Assembly: GCA_016209525.1 (NCBI GenBank)
Contig: JACQWK010000074.1
Span: 2,205-66,204, forward strand
Reading direction: 5' to 3'
Length of the DNA: 64,000 nucleotides
From: Verrucomicrobiota bacterium
GTDB lineage: Bacteria; Verrucomicrobiota; Verrucomicrobiia; Limisphaerales; SIBE01
A model generated the notes under the pieces. That model was not told the origin of the DNA. It saw only the letters and a list, made by a program, of their open reading frames with translations, and did no database searches. Below, piece by piece: positions 34,963 through 45,028 of this stretch. Each line of letters opens with the position of its first letter. The stretch's first letter is position 1. Both the position numbers and the translations under genes were made by a program.

Positions 34963-35754
34963 ATGGATGCACATCGAACATCCAACATTGAACGTCCAAC
35001 TTTGAATGTGGAAGAGGGCCGTCCGACGTTCAGGGTTCAACGCCGGTTCGCCTTCACGCTGATCGAATTGTTGGTCGTGATCGCGATCATCGCCATCCTC
35101 GCGGGCATGTTGTTGCCGGCGATCGCGCGGTCCAAAGCGAAGGCGCAGCGCATCCAGTGTGTCAACAACGAGCGGCAAATCGGGATTGGTTACCAGCTTT
35201 ACACGGAGGATAATCGCGAGTCTTACCCCGTGCACGGAGATTGGGCGACCTACGGCGGCAACATCAAAGGCACAGTGACGACGCACAACCGGCTGAACGA
35301 AACGAACCGGCCATTGAACAACTATTTGCAGTCGGTCGAGCTCTTCCGATGCCCGGCAGACCGGGGCGACTCGTACTGGCCCACGGCCAAGACGGCGTAC
35401 GAGGGCTGGGGAAACAGCTACCTGGGCATGTGGTCGGTGGACTGGTTCCGCACGAAACACGTCACCGGGGATTCACAGGCCGCGCGCGGAAGCAAGGAGG
35501 CGACTCCGATCAAATCCGGCGAGGTGGCCTTGGGCGCATCCACCAAGATCCTCCAGGGCGATTGGCCATGGCACGGCTCCCGCCATGACACAGAGCGCCG
35601 GTGGCGAAAGCAAAACGATTGGCACCAGGACCGGGGCAAGACAATTTTCAACATGCTTTTCGGCGACGGACACGTGGAGAATTATCTGTTTCCCAAAGGC
35701 TACGAGAATTGGCTTCTCGCGCCGCCTCCGGATTTGAACTTCAAGTGGTGGTAG
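34963..35754 (+). CDS. Prepilin-type N-methylation domain protein (PVC H-X-DG family)
   Basis: [30 protein letters not shown]...NMLFGDGH. Confidence 0.9.
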   Translation: MDAHRTSNIERPTLNVEEGRPTFRVQRRFAFTLIELLVVIAIIAILAGMLLPAIARSKAKAQRIQCVNNERQIGIGYQLYTEDNRESYPVHGDWATYGGNIKGTVTTHNRLNETNRPLNNYLQSVELFRCPADRGDSYWPTAKTAYEGWGNSYLGMWSVDWFRTKHVTGDSQAARGSKEATPIKSGEVALGASTKILQGDWPWHGSRHDTERRWRKQNDWHQDRGKTIFNMLFGDGHVENYLFPKGYENWLLAPPPDLNFKWW

Positions 35755-35810
35755 GCGACAAGTCGGCCACCGGCGCTGAGTTGTAGCCTCTCGACCCGCA
35801 TACTTAAGGC

Positions 35811-36686
35811 TCAGTTGCAGAACCCCTGCTGTCGGAGCCAGAAAAGACAGTCTTGGGCCCAGGGGTGGACATTGGTGAAGGGCGGTTTGTCCGCCAGGCC
35901 GATGCCGTGCCGGCCTTTCTGATAGATGTGGAGGTCGAAAGGGACTCCGGCTTTCCTTAACGCCGCGCCGAAGTGGAGCGTGTTTTCGACTGGCACCGCG
36001 GCATCCTCAAAAGTGTGCCAGATGAACGTCGGAGGGGTTTGTGGCGTCACTTGAAGCTCGTTGGAAAGCAGTTTGATTGACTCCGGAGATGGATTATCAC
36101 CCAAGAGATTCTTGCGGGAGCCGTGGTGAGTGAAGCTTCCCATCGTGATCACGGGATAGCAAAGGATCCCCAAATCCGGTCGTGAACTCTGGCGTTCGAT
36201 GGGATCGTCTGCGTCCGCCCGGCCGGAATCAAAGTGTGTGAGGAGCGTCGAGGCGAGATGGCCGCCGGCGGACGATCCGATCACGCCGATCCGCTTAGGA
36301 TCGACCTTCCACGCCGGTGCGTTGGCTCGCACGTAGCGGACGGCTCGTGAGACGTCTTGCAGCATGATAGGGTGTCGATAGCCGGCCGAACCAAGACGAT
36401 ATTTCAACACGAAGGCCGCGATGCCGCGCTGATTGAACCATAACGCATAGTCCTTTCCTTCATGCGCCGCCAATCCGCCGTAACCTCCGCCCGGGCATAC
36501 GACCATCGCTGATCCGGTGGCTTGCGTCGGCTCCGGCAGGTACGGAGTCAGCGTTGGGATGTCCTTGTCGTCTGCGCCCAGGGCGCCGGGAGCACCGTTT
36601 GGCCAAAGAAGATTTGGCAATGGATTTTGGGCGTGGAGAAGGTACGAGAGGAGAACGACACCGGCTGAAGCCGCCAATTTTTTCAT
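35811..36686 (-). CDS. Secreted alpha/beta hydrolase (esterase)
   Basis: PGGGY, GSSAGGHL, D..V, HGIG triad. Confidence 0.9.
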   Translation of the reverse strand: MKKLAASAGVVLLSYLLHAQNPLPNLLWPNGAPGALGADDKDIPTLTPYLPEPTQATGSAMVVCPGGGYGGLAAHEGKDYALWFNQRGIAAFVLKYRLGSAGYRHPIMLQDVSRAVRYVRANAPAWKVDPKRIGVIGSSAGGHLASTLLTHFDSGRADADDPIERQSSRPDLGILCYPVITMGSFTHHGSRKNLLGDNPSPESIKLLSNELQVTPQTPPTFIWHTFEDAAVPVENTLHFGAALRKAGVPFDLHIYQKGRHGIGLADKPPFTNVHPWAQDCLFWLRQQGFCN

Positions 36687-36817
36687 GCAGCGAATTTCGC
36701 TAAGTCCTTGCCGGAACATATGCGGGTGGAAGCAGGATTCAATGAAGAAGTTTTCTTGGATCTTGGACTCATCGGAGCCAGAGGAGGCGACCCACATGTG
36801 AACGCTGCCTCCGAATT

Positions 36818-37903
36818 TCAAAGAGTCCCCACCTTATTTATGAAGGAAATTTGCAGGCTGACTGCCGCAGTGCTACTCGAGATCTTTGCCAGGTCTTGCA
36901 GCGTGGTTTCCTGCTCTTTCACGGCCTTGGCAATTAACTCCGAAAGTGTGGAATCAATTCTGTCCAACTCGGAAGTCAGGGCAGTTTCTATCTCCCCGAC
37001 CACCCCTGTCGGGCCTGCAAAAACTTCCGCGATATCTTGGACGCTCTTGGCAAAACCGCTTCCACTGCTGGTCGTGTCTTCAAAGAGCGAGGCGATGGCT
37101 TGCGGATTCGCGGAAAGCTGGCTCTGCAACGAAGTTTCGTCCACCGTTAGGGTTCTGTCGCTGCTGTTCGAGGTTAACGCCGGTCCGAAGTTTGCGTCCT
37201 TCAGAAGCCCTACCACCGCTTGTGAAAGTTGTGCGGGGAGCGACTTAAGCTGAGTCTCGTCCGCCAGAGAACCGCCGCGCACTAACTTTTCAGCTAAGAA
37301 GTCCTGCACATCGTTGTAGGCCGTGAAGAACTCTTCAATGCCCGTTTCGGGCTCGGGGATGATCTGCTTCGCTTTGACGCTGCTGTCGATATTGTCGGCA
37401 AAGGTGATCGCGTTTGTATTGTTTAGGGCGTCGCTCCTCGTATTAAAAAGCGTAAAATCAGTATTACCACCCCCGGTCGCGCCTCGGCTAACGTAGTAAG
37501 GCGTATTGAGCTGCAGGCCAGAGCTGAAGCTCCCCGACGTAAACATAATCTTGTCCCCAGTTTGAAGGCTCGCACTGTCAGTATCATCCAATTCGAGCAC
37601 GTTCGCGTCGGTGTCGTCCACGTCCATCTCAGAACCGAGGCTGGTTGGAGAAGGCCTCAGGCTGGAGGCGGCTGAAATCAGCGCCTGAAGCAGGTCGTCT
37701 AGGGTGTCTAAATCGTCGAGCTTGGTTGAGATTGTAGATTGGGAGCTTTCCGACCGCGTCTGCCGAGCCTGGGTCAGTTCCGACGCGCCAAAAGTGGTCG
37801 AAGTTTGTGTAACCAGTGCCGTGGCCACAAAGGCCGCGACGCTTTGGTTTTGGGAAATGCTGATGGCTTGAATAAGGGAGATTGCGTCCGCGCTTAGGGC
37901 CAT
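36818..37903 (-). CDS. Divergent FliD-like protein
   Basis: FliD-C-like IEEFFTAYNDV, LTVDETSLQSQLSANPQAIASLF, GFA; N-terminal helical part. Confidence 0.7.
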   Translation of the reverse strand: MALSADAISLIQAISISQNQSVAAFVATALVTQTSTTFGASELTQARQTRSESSQSTISTKLDDLDTLDDLLQALISAASSLRPSPTSLGSEMDVDDTDANVLELDDTDSASLQTGDKIMFTSGSFSSGLQLNTPYYVSRGATGGGNTDFTLFNTRSDALNNTNAITFADNIDSSVKAKQIIPEPETGIEEFFTAYNDVQDFLAEKLVRGGSLADETQLKSLPAQLSQAVVGLLKDANFGPALTSNSSDRTLTVDETSLQSQLSANPQAIASLFEDTTSSGSGFAKSVQDIAEVFAGPTGVVGEIETALTSELDRIDSTLSELIAKAVKEQETTLQDLAKISSSTAAVSLQISFINKVGTL

Positions 37904-38269
37904 AATATCCTGCTGAGAGGTACGTTCGTGCGAGCCACGCTTCATGGAGAATTTATCCTGGCACTTGGCGGCAGTCTAGCCGAAAATTGCCAAAACGATG
38001 GGCCCGATTTGGGAAGATTTTGGGAAGGTTTTGCTGGACAGCCGATGGGCCAAGCGGTATAAAGCGGGCAGTTTAGCAAGAACAGCGTGGGAATTAGTGA
38101 CTTCAACTAAGCGGTCAACAGAAGAAAGATAGATTTGCACTCCCTGTTTTGGCTCGCCGACGCGCACTGGACGTGGCTCTTCACGTCGGCTGAACGCCAA
38201 TCGCCGTTGCTCGTAAAACAGTGGCCGTGATGAGGCAGCAAAGGCACAACAATTATTAAGGAACTTCAC

Positions 38270-38557
38270 ATGCAAGTTAGCCCATCAAATCTTTCAAATC
38301 TTTCGAACATCCCTCTAGCACTCCAAGCTGCCCCCCTCCGCAACCTTACTGATCCTACGGTCGCTGCGGTCAGCAAGCGTACTGAAGCCCAAGAAGATTA
38401 TTACCAAGCAGGGGCACACTCTTCGGGAGTCACAGATCTGGCTTCCGACACGGAAAAGCGACTGGGGCGAATCAAGGAAGTGCAAGTTGCCTTCAAAGCC
38501 GCGCTAAATATCACGGCGTCCATCGAAGAACAGTACTTGTTGGACCCCATCGTTTAA
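38270..38557 (+). CDS. Small protein resembling the flagellin/FlgL C-terminal helix
   Basis: TDLASD...VQVAFKAALNITASIEEQYLLD. Confidence 0.55.
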   Translation: MQVSPSNLSNLSNIPLALQAAPLRNLTDPTVAAVSKRTEAQEDYYQAGAHSSGVTDLASDTEKRLGRIKEVQVAFKAALNITASIEEQYLLDPIV

Positions 38558-38714
38558 TTCCGGTCGCAGGATCGACTCCGCAAGAGTCTGCGCTTCAGCC
38601 CGCCCACGCAGGTGAACCTAAGCACTTCCGGCTCATGAAGGTTCTGCGCCTGCACGGCGCGGGGACACCGCAGGCGCGGGGTCCCTACCTCTTCGGTTTG
38701 TTAGTTCTGCCGGC

Positions 38715-38741
38715 TAAAGTCCAATCCCAAACTGCCGATTC
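38715..38741 (+). promoter_or_regulatory. Sigma28 (FliA)-type promoter of fliD
   Basis: TAAA-N15-GCCGATTC about 50 nt before fliD. Confidence 0.75.
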
Positions 38742-38789
38742 TCAATTCGGCTTGAGTAAACGCCCTGGCCACATGGTGCGTAAACTGGT

Positions 38790-40481
38790 TTGGAACTCTT
38801 TCTTTCAGGATTAGCTTCCGGCTTCGATTGGAAGTCGATGGTGGACCAACTGGCAGATGTCCAGCGGGCTCCGCAGCGTCGTCTCCGGGTCGAACAAACA
38901 AGCCTTAATCGAGTCAGCGATGCCCTCTCAGGCCTTGTTGCGGAATTTGAGGGTTTGTTGGCCAAGGCAAAAGCTCTCAAAGAGGAGCGCCTTTACAACA
39001 CTCGCGTAGCAACCGTGACCGGAAGCGACGTTGCTGCCGCCAGCGCTAGTGCAAAGGCTGCGCCCGGCAATTTCGCCTTCAATCTGACTCAGCTTGCCAC
39101 AGCCGCCGCGCAGCAGGGGGGTGCCGACGTGGGGGAGGGCATCGACGGCTCCAAAGACATCACATCTGCGAGCGCTGGTTTCGCGGTTGCCGTGACAGCG
39201 GGCCGGTTTACGGTCAACGGCCAGCAGATCGATCTCCAGTCTGGCGACTCGTTGAACGACGTTCTTGCCAGAATCGCTTCGCAGACAGGTTTGGCGGCAA
39301 CCTACGACCCGGCCACGGACAAGTTATCGCTCACGGATGAGGGGGGCGCAGCCATCGTGCTGGGAAGCGCCGCCGATACCAGCAATTTCCTGCAAGCGGC
39401 ACGGCTCACGCAAAACGGCACCGATTCGGTCACCAGCAACCGGCCGCTCGGTGGCCTGAGCACGTCCGCCACCTTGGCTTCCGCCCGGTTCAGCACTTCC
39501 GTAACTTCCGGAACTTTTGCCATCAATGGCGTGAACTTCACCGTAGATACGGGCGTGGACACGGTTGCGGATGTGCTGAATCGGATCAATCAATCTGGCG
39601 CCGGCGTGGTGAGCAGTTACGACTCGGTGAACGACCGCTTTGTGCTGACGAACAAAGTCACGGGCGACATCGGGATTTCATTGGCGGAGGGTACGAGCAA
39701 CTTCCTCACGGCGGCTCGGCTCACTTCGTCCGCCGGAGGCGTGTTCGTGAACGGGCAAGATGCGCAATTTACCGTGAACGGCGGCTCGCTTCTAACAAGC
39801 CGCACAAACAGTTTGACGGCTGAAAGCCATGGCATCGATGGCTTGACGGTGACCGCGCTTGCCACGGGCAATACCACGGTCAGCATCACCGGCGACTCGG
39901 CTCCTCTCAAAGAGGCGATCACGGATTTCATCGATCAATTCAACAAGGTGCAAAAGTTGATCGCGATCCAGACGGCAAGTTCGACCGACGCCAAAGGAAC
40001 AGTAAGCGCCGGTCTTTTGGCGGGAGACCCCCAAGCAGCGGAGAGCACGAGAGAATTACGACGTCTGCTCACCTCGGAGACCTCGGGGATTTCGAGCGCG
40101 ATCCGAAGGCTGGAATCGCTGGGTTACAGCACCGATGGCTACTCGAATGAGGTGTCGCTGGAAAATTCGGGAGCGCTCGACGCCGCATTGTCGAACGCAA
40201 TCGACAGCATCCGGACCCTCTTCGCTGATCCAACGAACGGGATTGCGACGCGTGTCGGCAATTACCTGGAGAGGCTGGTCGGGCTGGACGGTTCGTTCTT
40301 GCGGCACCGGGAAGCCATTGGCAAACGGGCCGCGAACATCGATGAGCAGGTGGGCCAACTGGAGAAAGTCGTGCTGGCGAGCCGGGCTGCGCTGTTCGAA
40401 AAGTTCAGGGCGATGGAAAAGACCATGGCTCAGATCAACCGACAGGCCGAGTTCTTTACGGCGCGCTTCGGGATTACTTAA
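38790..40481 (+). CDS. fliD: Flagellar filament cap protein FliD
   Basis: SGLASGFDWKSMVDQL, QLATA, GQDAQFTVNG, FIDQFN, FRAMEKTMAQIN. Confidence 0.92.
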   Translation: MELFLSGLASGFDWKSMVDQLADVQRAPQRRLRVEQTSLNRVSDALSGLVAEFEGLLAKAKALKEERLYNTRVATVTGSDVAAASASAKAAPGNFAFNLTQLATAAAQQGGADVGEGIDGSKDITSASAGFAVAVTAGRFTVNGQQIDLQSGDSLNDVLARIASQTGLAATYDPATDKLSLTDEGGAAIVLGSAADTSNFLQAARLTQNGTDSVTSNRPLGGLSTSATLASARFSTSVTSGTFAINGVNFTVDTGVDTVADVLNRINQSGAGVVSSYDSVNDRFVLTNKVTGDIGISLAEGTSNFLTAARLTSSAGGVFVNGQDAQFTVNGGSLLTSRTNSLTAESHGIDGLTVTALATGNTTVSITGDSAPLKEAITDFIDQFNKVQKLIAIQTASSTDAKGTVSAGLLAGDPQAAESTRELRRLLTSETSGISSAIRRLESLGYSTDGYSNEVSLENSGALDAALSNAIDSIRTLFADPTNGIATRVGNYLERLVGLDGSFLRHREAIGKRAANIDEQVGQLEKVVLASRAALFEKFRAMEKTMAQINRQAEFFTARFGIT

Positions 40482-41487
40482 GCCGGGGCGGAGCCGTGCT
40501 CGCCCGAACAACGATCTGAGCAGGGAGGCGCTTCGCGTCGGGACGTTCGCCTTTGAGCAGTTTTTGCATCAATTCCATCGCGGCGACTCCCAGGCGGAAT
40601 TTGGGCTGGCGAACTGTGGTGAGCGGCACTTTGAAATACTCGCTCACCAAGATATTTCCGAACCCGGCCAAGGAAATATCCTGTGGGATCTTCAAGCCTT
40701 GGCCGATCAGGACGTTGGCGGCGCCGATCGCAACGAGGTCGTTGACCGCCTGAACCGCAGTCACATCCGTGCGTTCCTGAAGCATCTGCAACGCCGCCTT
40801 TTCTCCATCTTCAATCGTGCCGCCGGCGGTAAAAACAAGTCCATCGTCCACGCTGAGATCGGCTTCACGCAGGGCGCGGCGATAGCCTTCAGCCCGTTCC
40901 TGTGCCCAAGGCGCTGCCGCCGGACCTGAAAGGAAGGCGATGCGCCGATGCCCCAGTTCCAAGAGGTGCTTCGTCACGGCCTGGCTGGCGGGCAGGTCAT
41001 CCGTCTCCACGCTCGCAAACTGTGTGCAGAAAGAGGCGCGCTGGCCGAGAATGACGGTGGGTGTGCCGTTCTTCAGGATTTCTTCGTAAATCTGAGCGGT
41101 GGGCGCCAAGCGGTACACCGGGGACACGAAGAGGCCATCGACACGGCGCGACAGAAGTTTGCGGATGCACGCCTCTTCTCGTTCCGGCAGGTTCAGCGTG
41201 TGGGCGAGGATCAAATCGTAACCTTGCTCGAAGGCGAGTTCTTCGATGGCGAGGGCCGTGCGGGCGAATACTGGAGCGGTGATGGCCGGGATAACCAATC
41301 CAAAGAGTTTCGTGGTGCGGGTTCGGAGGCCTTGGGCCATGGAGTCAGGCATGTAGCCCATCTCCTCCGCCAATCGCCGGATGCGCGTCTTCGTCGCGAC
41401 AGAGATATCCGGTGCGTCACGCATGACTTTGGAGACCGTCATGACTGACACGCCTGCCCTCGCCGCGATGTCCTTGAGCCGAACCAT
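40474..41487 (-). CDS. LacI-family transcriptional regulator
   Basis: LKDIAARAGVSVMTVSKV HTH; LTTVRQP. Confidence 0.95.
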   Translation of the reverse strand: MVRLKDIAARAGVSVMTVSKVMRDAPDISVATKTRIRRLAEEMGYMPDSMAQGLRTRTTKLFGLVIPAITAPVFARTALAIEELAFEQGYDLILAHTLNLPEREEACIRKLLSRRVDGLFVSPVYRLAPTAQIYEEILKNGTPTVILGQRASFCTQFASVETDDLPASQAVTKHLLELGHRRIAFLSGPAAAPWAQERAEGYRRALREADLSVDDGLVFTAGGTIEDGEKAALQMLQERTDVTAVQAVNDLVAIGAANVLIGQGLKIPQDISLAGFGNILVSEYFKVPLTTVRQPKFRLGVAAMELMQKLLKGERPDAKRLPAQIVVRASTAPPRLK

Positions 41488-41510
41488 TGGATGCAGCGAT
41501 TTCTGCGAAC

Positions 41511-42404
41511 CTACTCCGCCGGAATGTTCGAACCACTCCAGTGAAGTTTATGCCTTAAGGTCTCGAAAAAAGACGTTCCCGTCAAATGGACCAACCGGAT
41601 CGAATGACGGCTGCGGCGGATCGTGACGACATCGCCGGCGCTCAGTTGGCGTTCGTTCTGGCCGTCCCCGCTCAGCACGGTTTCGGGTTTGGGACTGATC
41701 ACTTTGACTCGGATCGTTGAGTTGAGGTTCACGATGACCGACCGATTCGAAAGGGTGTGCGGACAAATAGGAGTCAGCGTGAAAACCTCGGCGGTCGGAT
41801 AAACGACCGCCCCCCCGGCCGCCAGCGAGTAGGCCGTGGAACCGGTCGGAGAACTGATGATCAATCCGTCGCCTCGATAGCGGGTGAGGACCTGGCCATC
41901 GACGCTGGCTTCCAGCTCGATCAACCGGGAAATCATCCGGCGGCTGATGACGAACTCATTGAGGGCATTGGCTTGAAAGCTCTGCCCGCGAGAATTGCCG
42001 ACGGCTTCGATCAACGCGCGGGATTCCACCCGAAAATCACCCCTCCAAACCCGGTCAAGCGCGCTGGGCAAATCGGACGACCGGACATCGGTCAAGAAGC
42101 CCAAAGCGCCGAGGTTGATTCCGAGCAAAGGAGTCGAAGATTCCGCTGTTTCTCTGGCCACTCGCAACATCGTCCCGTCCCCTCCGAAGACCAAGACCAA
42201 ATCGACTTCCAGCGCCAGGCTCAGGGCATCCGGGAGCACCGGCATCGCCAGTCCCGCGGAGAGGGAAGTGGTTGAATCTGTGAGGACCTTGCGCCCGCTG
42301 CGGAGGATCAGTTTGGCGGCTTTCCGCACGAATTCCGGCGCCTGGTCCTTCCCGGAGTTGGCGACAATGCCGACGCGTCGAATGGCTCTAGCGAATTTTT
42401 TCAA
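41511..42404 (-). CDS. nadK: NAD kinase
   Basis: GGDGT, GxLGFL, NE, DGLIISSPTGSTAYSLAAGG. Confidence 0.95.
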   Translation of the reverse strand: MKKFARAIRRVGIVANSGKDQAPEFVRKAAKLILRSGRKVLTDSTTSLSAGLAMPVLPDALSLALEVDLVLVFGGDGTMLRVARETAESSTPLLGINLGALGFLTDVRSSDLPSALDRVWRGDFRVESRALIEAVGNSRGQSFQANALNEFVISRRMISRLIELEASVDGQVLTRYRGDGLIISSPTGSTAYSLAAGGAVVYPTAEVFTLTPICPHTLSNRSVIVNLNSTIRVKVISPKPETVLSGDGQNERQLSAGDVVTIRRSRHSIRLVHLTGTSFFETLRHKLHWSGSNIPAE

Positions 42405-43131
42405 GCAAGATCAGGAACTCTGTGTTGCCCGACGGCCCGCGCAACGGTGACTCGGTCCAGCCGCGCCAAACCAAGCGCGGACGGGATCTGACGAACTGCT
42501 CAAGCTCGGCCAAGACGCGGGCATGAATCGCTGGATCGGTGATGACCCCGCCCCCTCGGTCCGCCTCAAGTTTGCCGGCTTCGAACTGTGGTTTCAACAA
42601 TGCGACGATTCTGCCCGGGGCTCGCAGCAACGCTTCCGCCGACGGAAGAATCTTCTGAAGGGAGATGAACGAGCAGTCGATGGTCACAAGATCAGCCAGA
42701 TCAAAGGGAGGCGGGAGTTGCTGCGGCGTGAGCTCGCGAGCATTCACCTTCTCTAAAACGACAACTCGGGAATCCCGGCGCAGCCGCCAGGCGAGCTGGC
42801 CCTGGCCGACATCGACGGCATAGACTCTTGCCGCTCCGTGCTGCAGCAGACAATCGGTGAACCCGCCGGTTGAGGCACCCAAATCGACGGCCACCGAGCC
42901 TTCCACCTCAACTTGGAAGTGCCGCAGCGCGTGTTCGAGCTTGTGGCCGCCCCGGCTCACGTAGCGATCCGGAGAATCCAACGTGATGTCGTCGGTGGTG
43001 TTCACCTGATCGCTCGGTTTGCGCGCCCGCTGGCAATTTACTCGAACACCGCCTGCCAGAATGACACGTTTGGCCTTTTCGCGGCTCTCGCATAGCCCCC
43101 GTTCCACCAAGATTTGATCAAGACGGGCCAC
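42388..43131 (-). CDS. tlyA: TlyA-family rRNA methyltransferase
   Basis: RLD S4 domain, YVSRGGHKL, DLGASTGGFTD, KPQFE, GNTEF. Confidence 0.95.
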   Translation of the reverse strand: MARLDQILVERGLCESREKAKRVILAGGVRVNCQRARKPSDQVNTTDDITLDSPDRYVSRGGHKLEHALRHFQVEVEGSVAVDLGASTGGFTDCLLQHGAARVYAVDVGQGQLAWRLRRDSRVVVLEKVNARELTPQQLPPPFDLADLVTIDCSFISLQKILPSAEALLRAPGRIVALLKPQFEAGKLEADRGGGVITDPAIHARVLAELEQFVRSRPRLVWRGWTESPLRGPSGNTEFLILLEKIR

Positions 43132-43132
43132 C

Positions 43133-43597
43133 TTATTTGCCTTGAGCCAAACGAAGTTGGGCATCCCGGAAGATGCCGTAGAGCAGCGCATGGTCGGCGA
43201 CGACCTTGGCAACGATCTGGCCCAGTTTTTCCGTGTCGGCGGTATTGATGACCGCATGCACGCTCTGTTGGAAAGCCTGCATGGGATGAAGCGTCTGAAA
43301 GGTGCGCCCGAAGAGCAAGCTGACCGCGGCTCGCCGCTGGGCCATAGGCATGGACTGAAGGCTCGTCAAGGCCCGGTTTTCCAGCGAGGTGCTGGCATTG
43401 AACAATTCCTCAAGAACGACCACTTGGTATTGAATCTGCGCGAAACGAGCGAGAAATTCCGCGTGGTTGGCGACCGTATGGACTTTGTATCCAAGTTCCT
43501 CCAGCGCCTTGCGCGCCAGTCCTTGCAGCGTTGGGTCGCTGAGCCCGAGCAAGGCCGGTTTGTCGGACGGACCGAGCAGCTCGAATTCGGCCGCCAT
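43133..43597 (-). CDS. Receiver-like domain protein
   Basis: ALEELGYKVHTV...YQVVVL CheY-like pattern; in operon with pilT genes. Confidence 0.65.
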   Translation of the reverse strand: MAAEFELLGPSDKPALLGLSDPTLQGLARKALEELGYKVHTVANHAEFLARFAQIQYQVVVLEELFNASTSLENRALTSLQSMPMAQRRAAVSLLFGRTFQTLHPMQAFQQSVHAVINTADTEKLGQIVAKVVADHALLYGIFRDAQLRLAQGK

Positions 43598-43598
43598 A

Positions 43599-44807
43599 TC
43601 ACTTGATCTTGAGGGTGGTCGGGGCCGGCTTCACTTCGACCTTTTTCCCCGCTTCTTCAGGCTTCTTCATCTGCAAATGCGGCATGTTGCTCGTGGCTTC
43701 TCCTCGCTTCTTCTTGATGTTATCGATGCCGCGTGTCACCGGCCCTCGTTTGCTGCAATAGAGGAGAGTCGTCTCCTCGGTGATCAGTCCCTGGTCGAAG
43801 GCATCCAGACATGCCTGGTCGAACGTTCGCCAGCCAAACGTGTAGCTGGCTTCGATGATTTCGTAAAAGCTCTTTCCTTCGCTTTCTCCCATGATGATGC
43901 TGTCTTTGGTCCGGAGATTGGAGCCCATGATCTCGAGAAGCGCCACGCGGCCGCCTCCGATCTTGGGGGCCAGGCGCTGGCTGACGATCCAGCGGATCGT
44001 ATCCGCCAAACGAACCCGAATCTGCTCCTGTTCCTCCTGCTCGAACATGCCCAAGATGCGGTTGATCGTTTGTCCCGCGTCGATGGTGTGCAGCGTGCTG
44101 ACGACCAAATGGCCGGTCTCCGCAGCGCTGAGACCAATCTCGACAGTTTGGCGGTCGCGCATTTCCCCGACCAGAATCACCTTGGGCGCCTGCCGCAACG
44201 CGGCGCGCAGGCCGCTGGCGAAGGTGTCAAAATCATTGCCCATTTCGCGCTGATTAAACGTGGCCTTTTTCTGAGGATGAACGAACTCAACCGGGTCCTC
44301 CAGCGTGATCACATGGATGGACTTGGATTCGTTAATCTCATTCAGCAAGGCCGCGAGAGTCGTGGATTTGCCCGAGCCCGTCGCGCCCGTGACCAGAATC
44401 AGGCCGGTCTTCTCTTTGGCCATTTGTTGAAAAATCTCGGGCAGCTTCATCTCGGCCAGGGTCGGGATTCGGGTCGCGAGCTTGCGCAAGACGATTGAGT
44501 AATTGCCCCGCTGGGAAAAGATATTGACGCGAAAACGCGCTTTGCCCGCCGGACTGTAGGAAGCGTCGCAGGATCCGGTGCGAAGCAGGTCATCGGTCAA
44601 CCGGCGGCTGCCGCCCATCAGGTTGAGAGCGATCATTTCGCTTTGGAAAGGAGTCAATTTCTCAACCGGTGGATTGATCGCCACCGGCACGAGTTGGCCG
44701 GAGCTTTCCACTTGCAGCGGCTTGTCCACAGTAATGTTCAGATCGGAGACATCTTTCTGCGAATCCAGCATGGTCCCCAAAACATAGTCGAGTTCGTTGC
44801 GCTGCAT
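43599..44807 (-). CDS. pilT: PilT/PilU-family ATPase
   Basis: GATGSGKST, TLEDPVE, ALRQAPKVILVGEMRD, TGHLV.STLHT. Confidence 0.9.
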   Translation of the reverse strand: MQRNELDYVLGTMLDSQKDVSDLNITVDKPLQVESSGQLVPVAINPPVEKLTPFQSEMIALNLMGGSRRLTDDLLRTGSCDASYSPAGKARFRVNIFSQRGNYSIVLRKLATRIPTLAEMKLPEIFQQMAKEKTGLILVTGATGSGKSTTLAALLNEINESKSIHVITLEDPVEFVHPQKKATFNQREMGNDFDTFASGLRAALRQAPKVILVGEMRDRQTVEIGLSAAETGHLVVSTLHTIDAGQTINRILGMFEQEEQEQIRVRLADTIRWIVSQRLAPKIGGGRVALLEIMGSNLRTKDSIIMGESEGKSFYEIIEASYTFGWRTFDQACLDAFDQGLITEETTLLYCSKRGPVTRGIDNIKKKRGEATSNMPHLQMKKPEEAGKKVEVKPAPTTLKIK

Positions 44808-45028
44808 GTCAGCAATTTGAGATTTGCGCTACTAAAATCGCAAGAGTGATTCGATAGTTCATCAGTAAACCGACAAGAAACATGCCCCTCACCCCGTCCT
44901 TCTCCCCATCCGATGGGGAGAGGGACGGGGTGAGGGGCTTTGCTTCAAGCTGATGACAAAACTGATGCAATGATTCCTATCAGTCCTGTCGCCGCTCAAG
45001 CAAAGGGACTTGCACGATCGCTTTCCCA

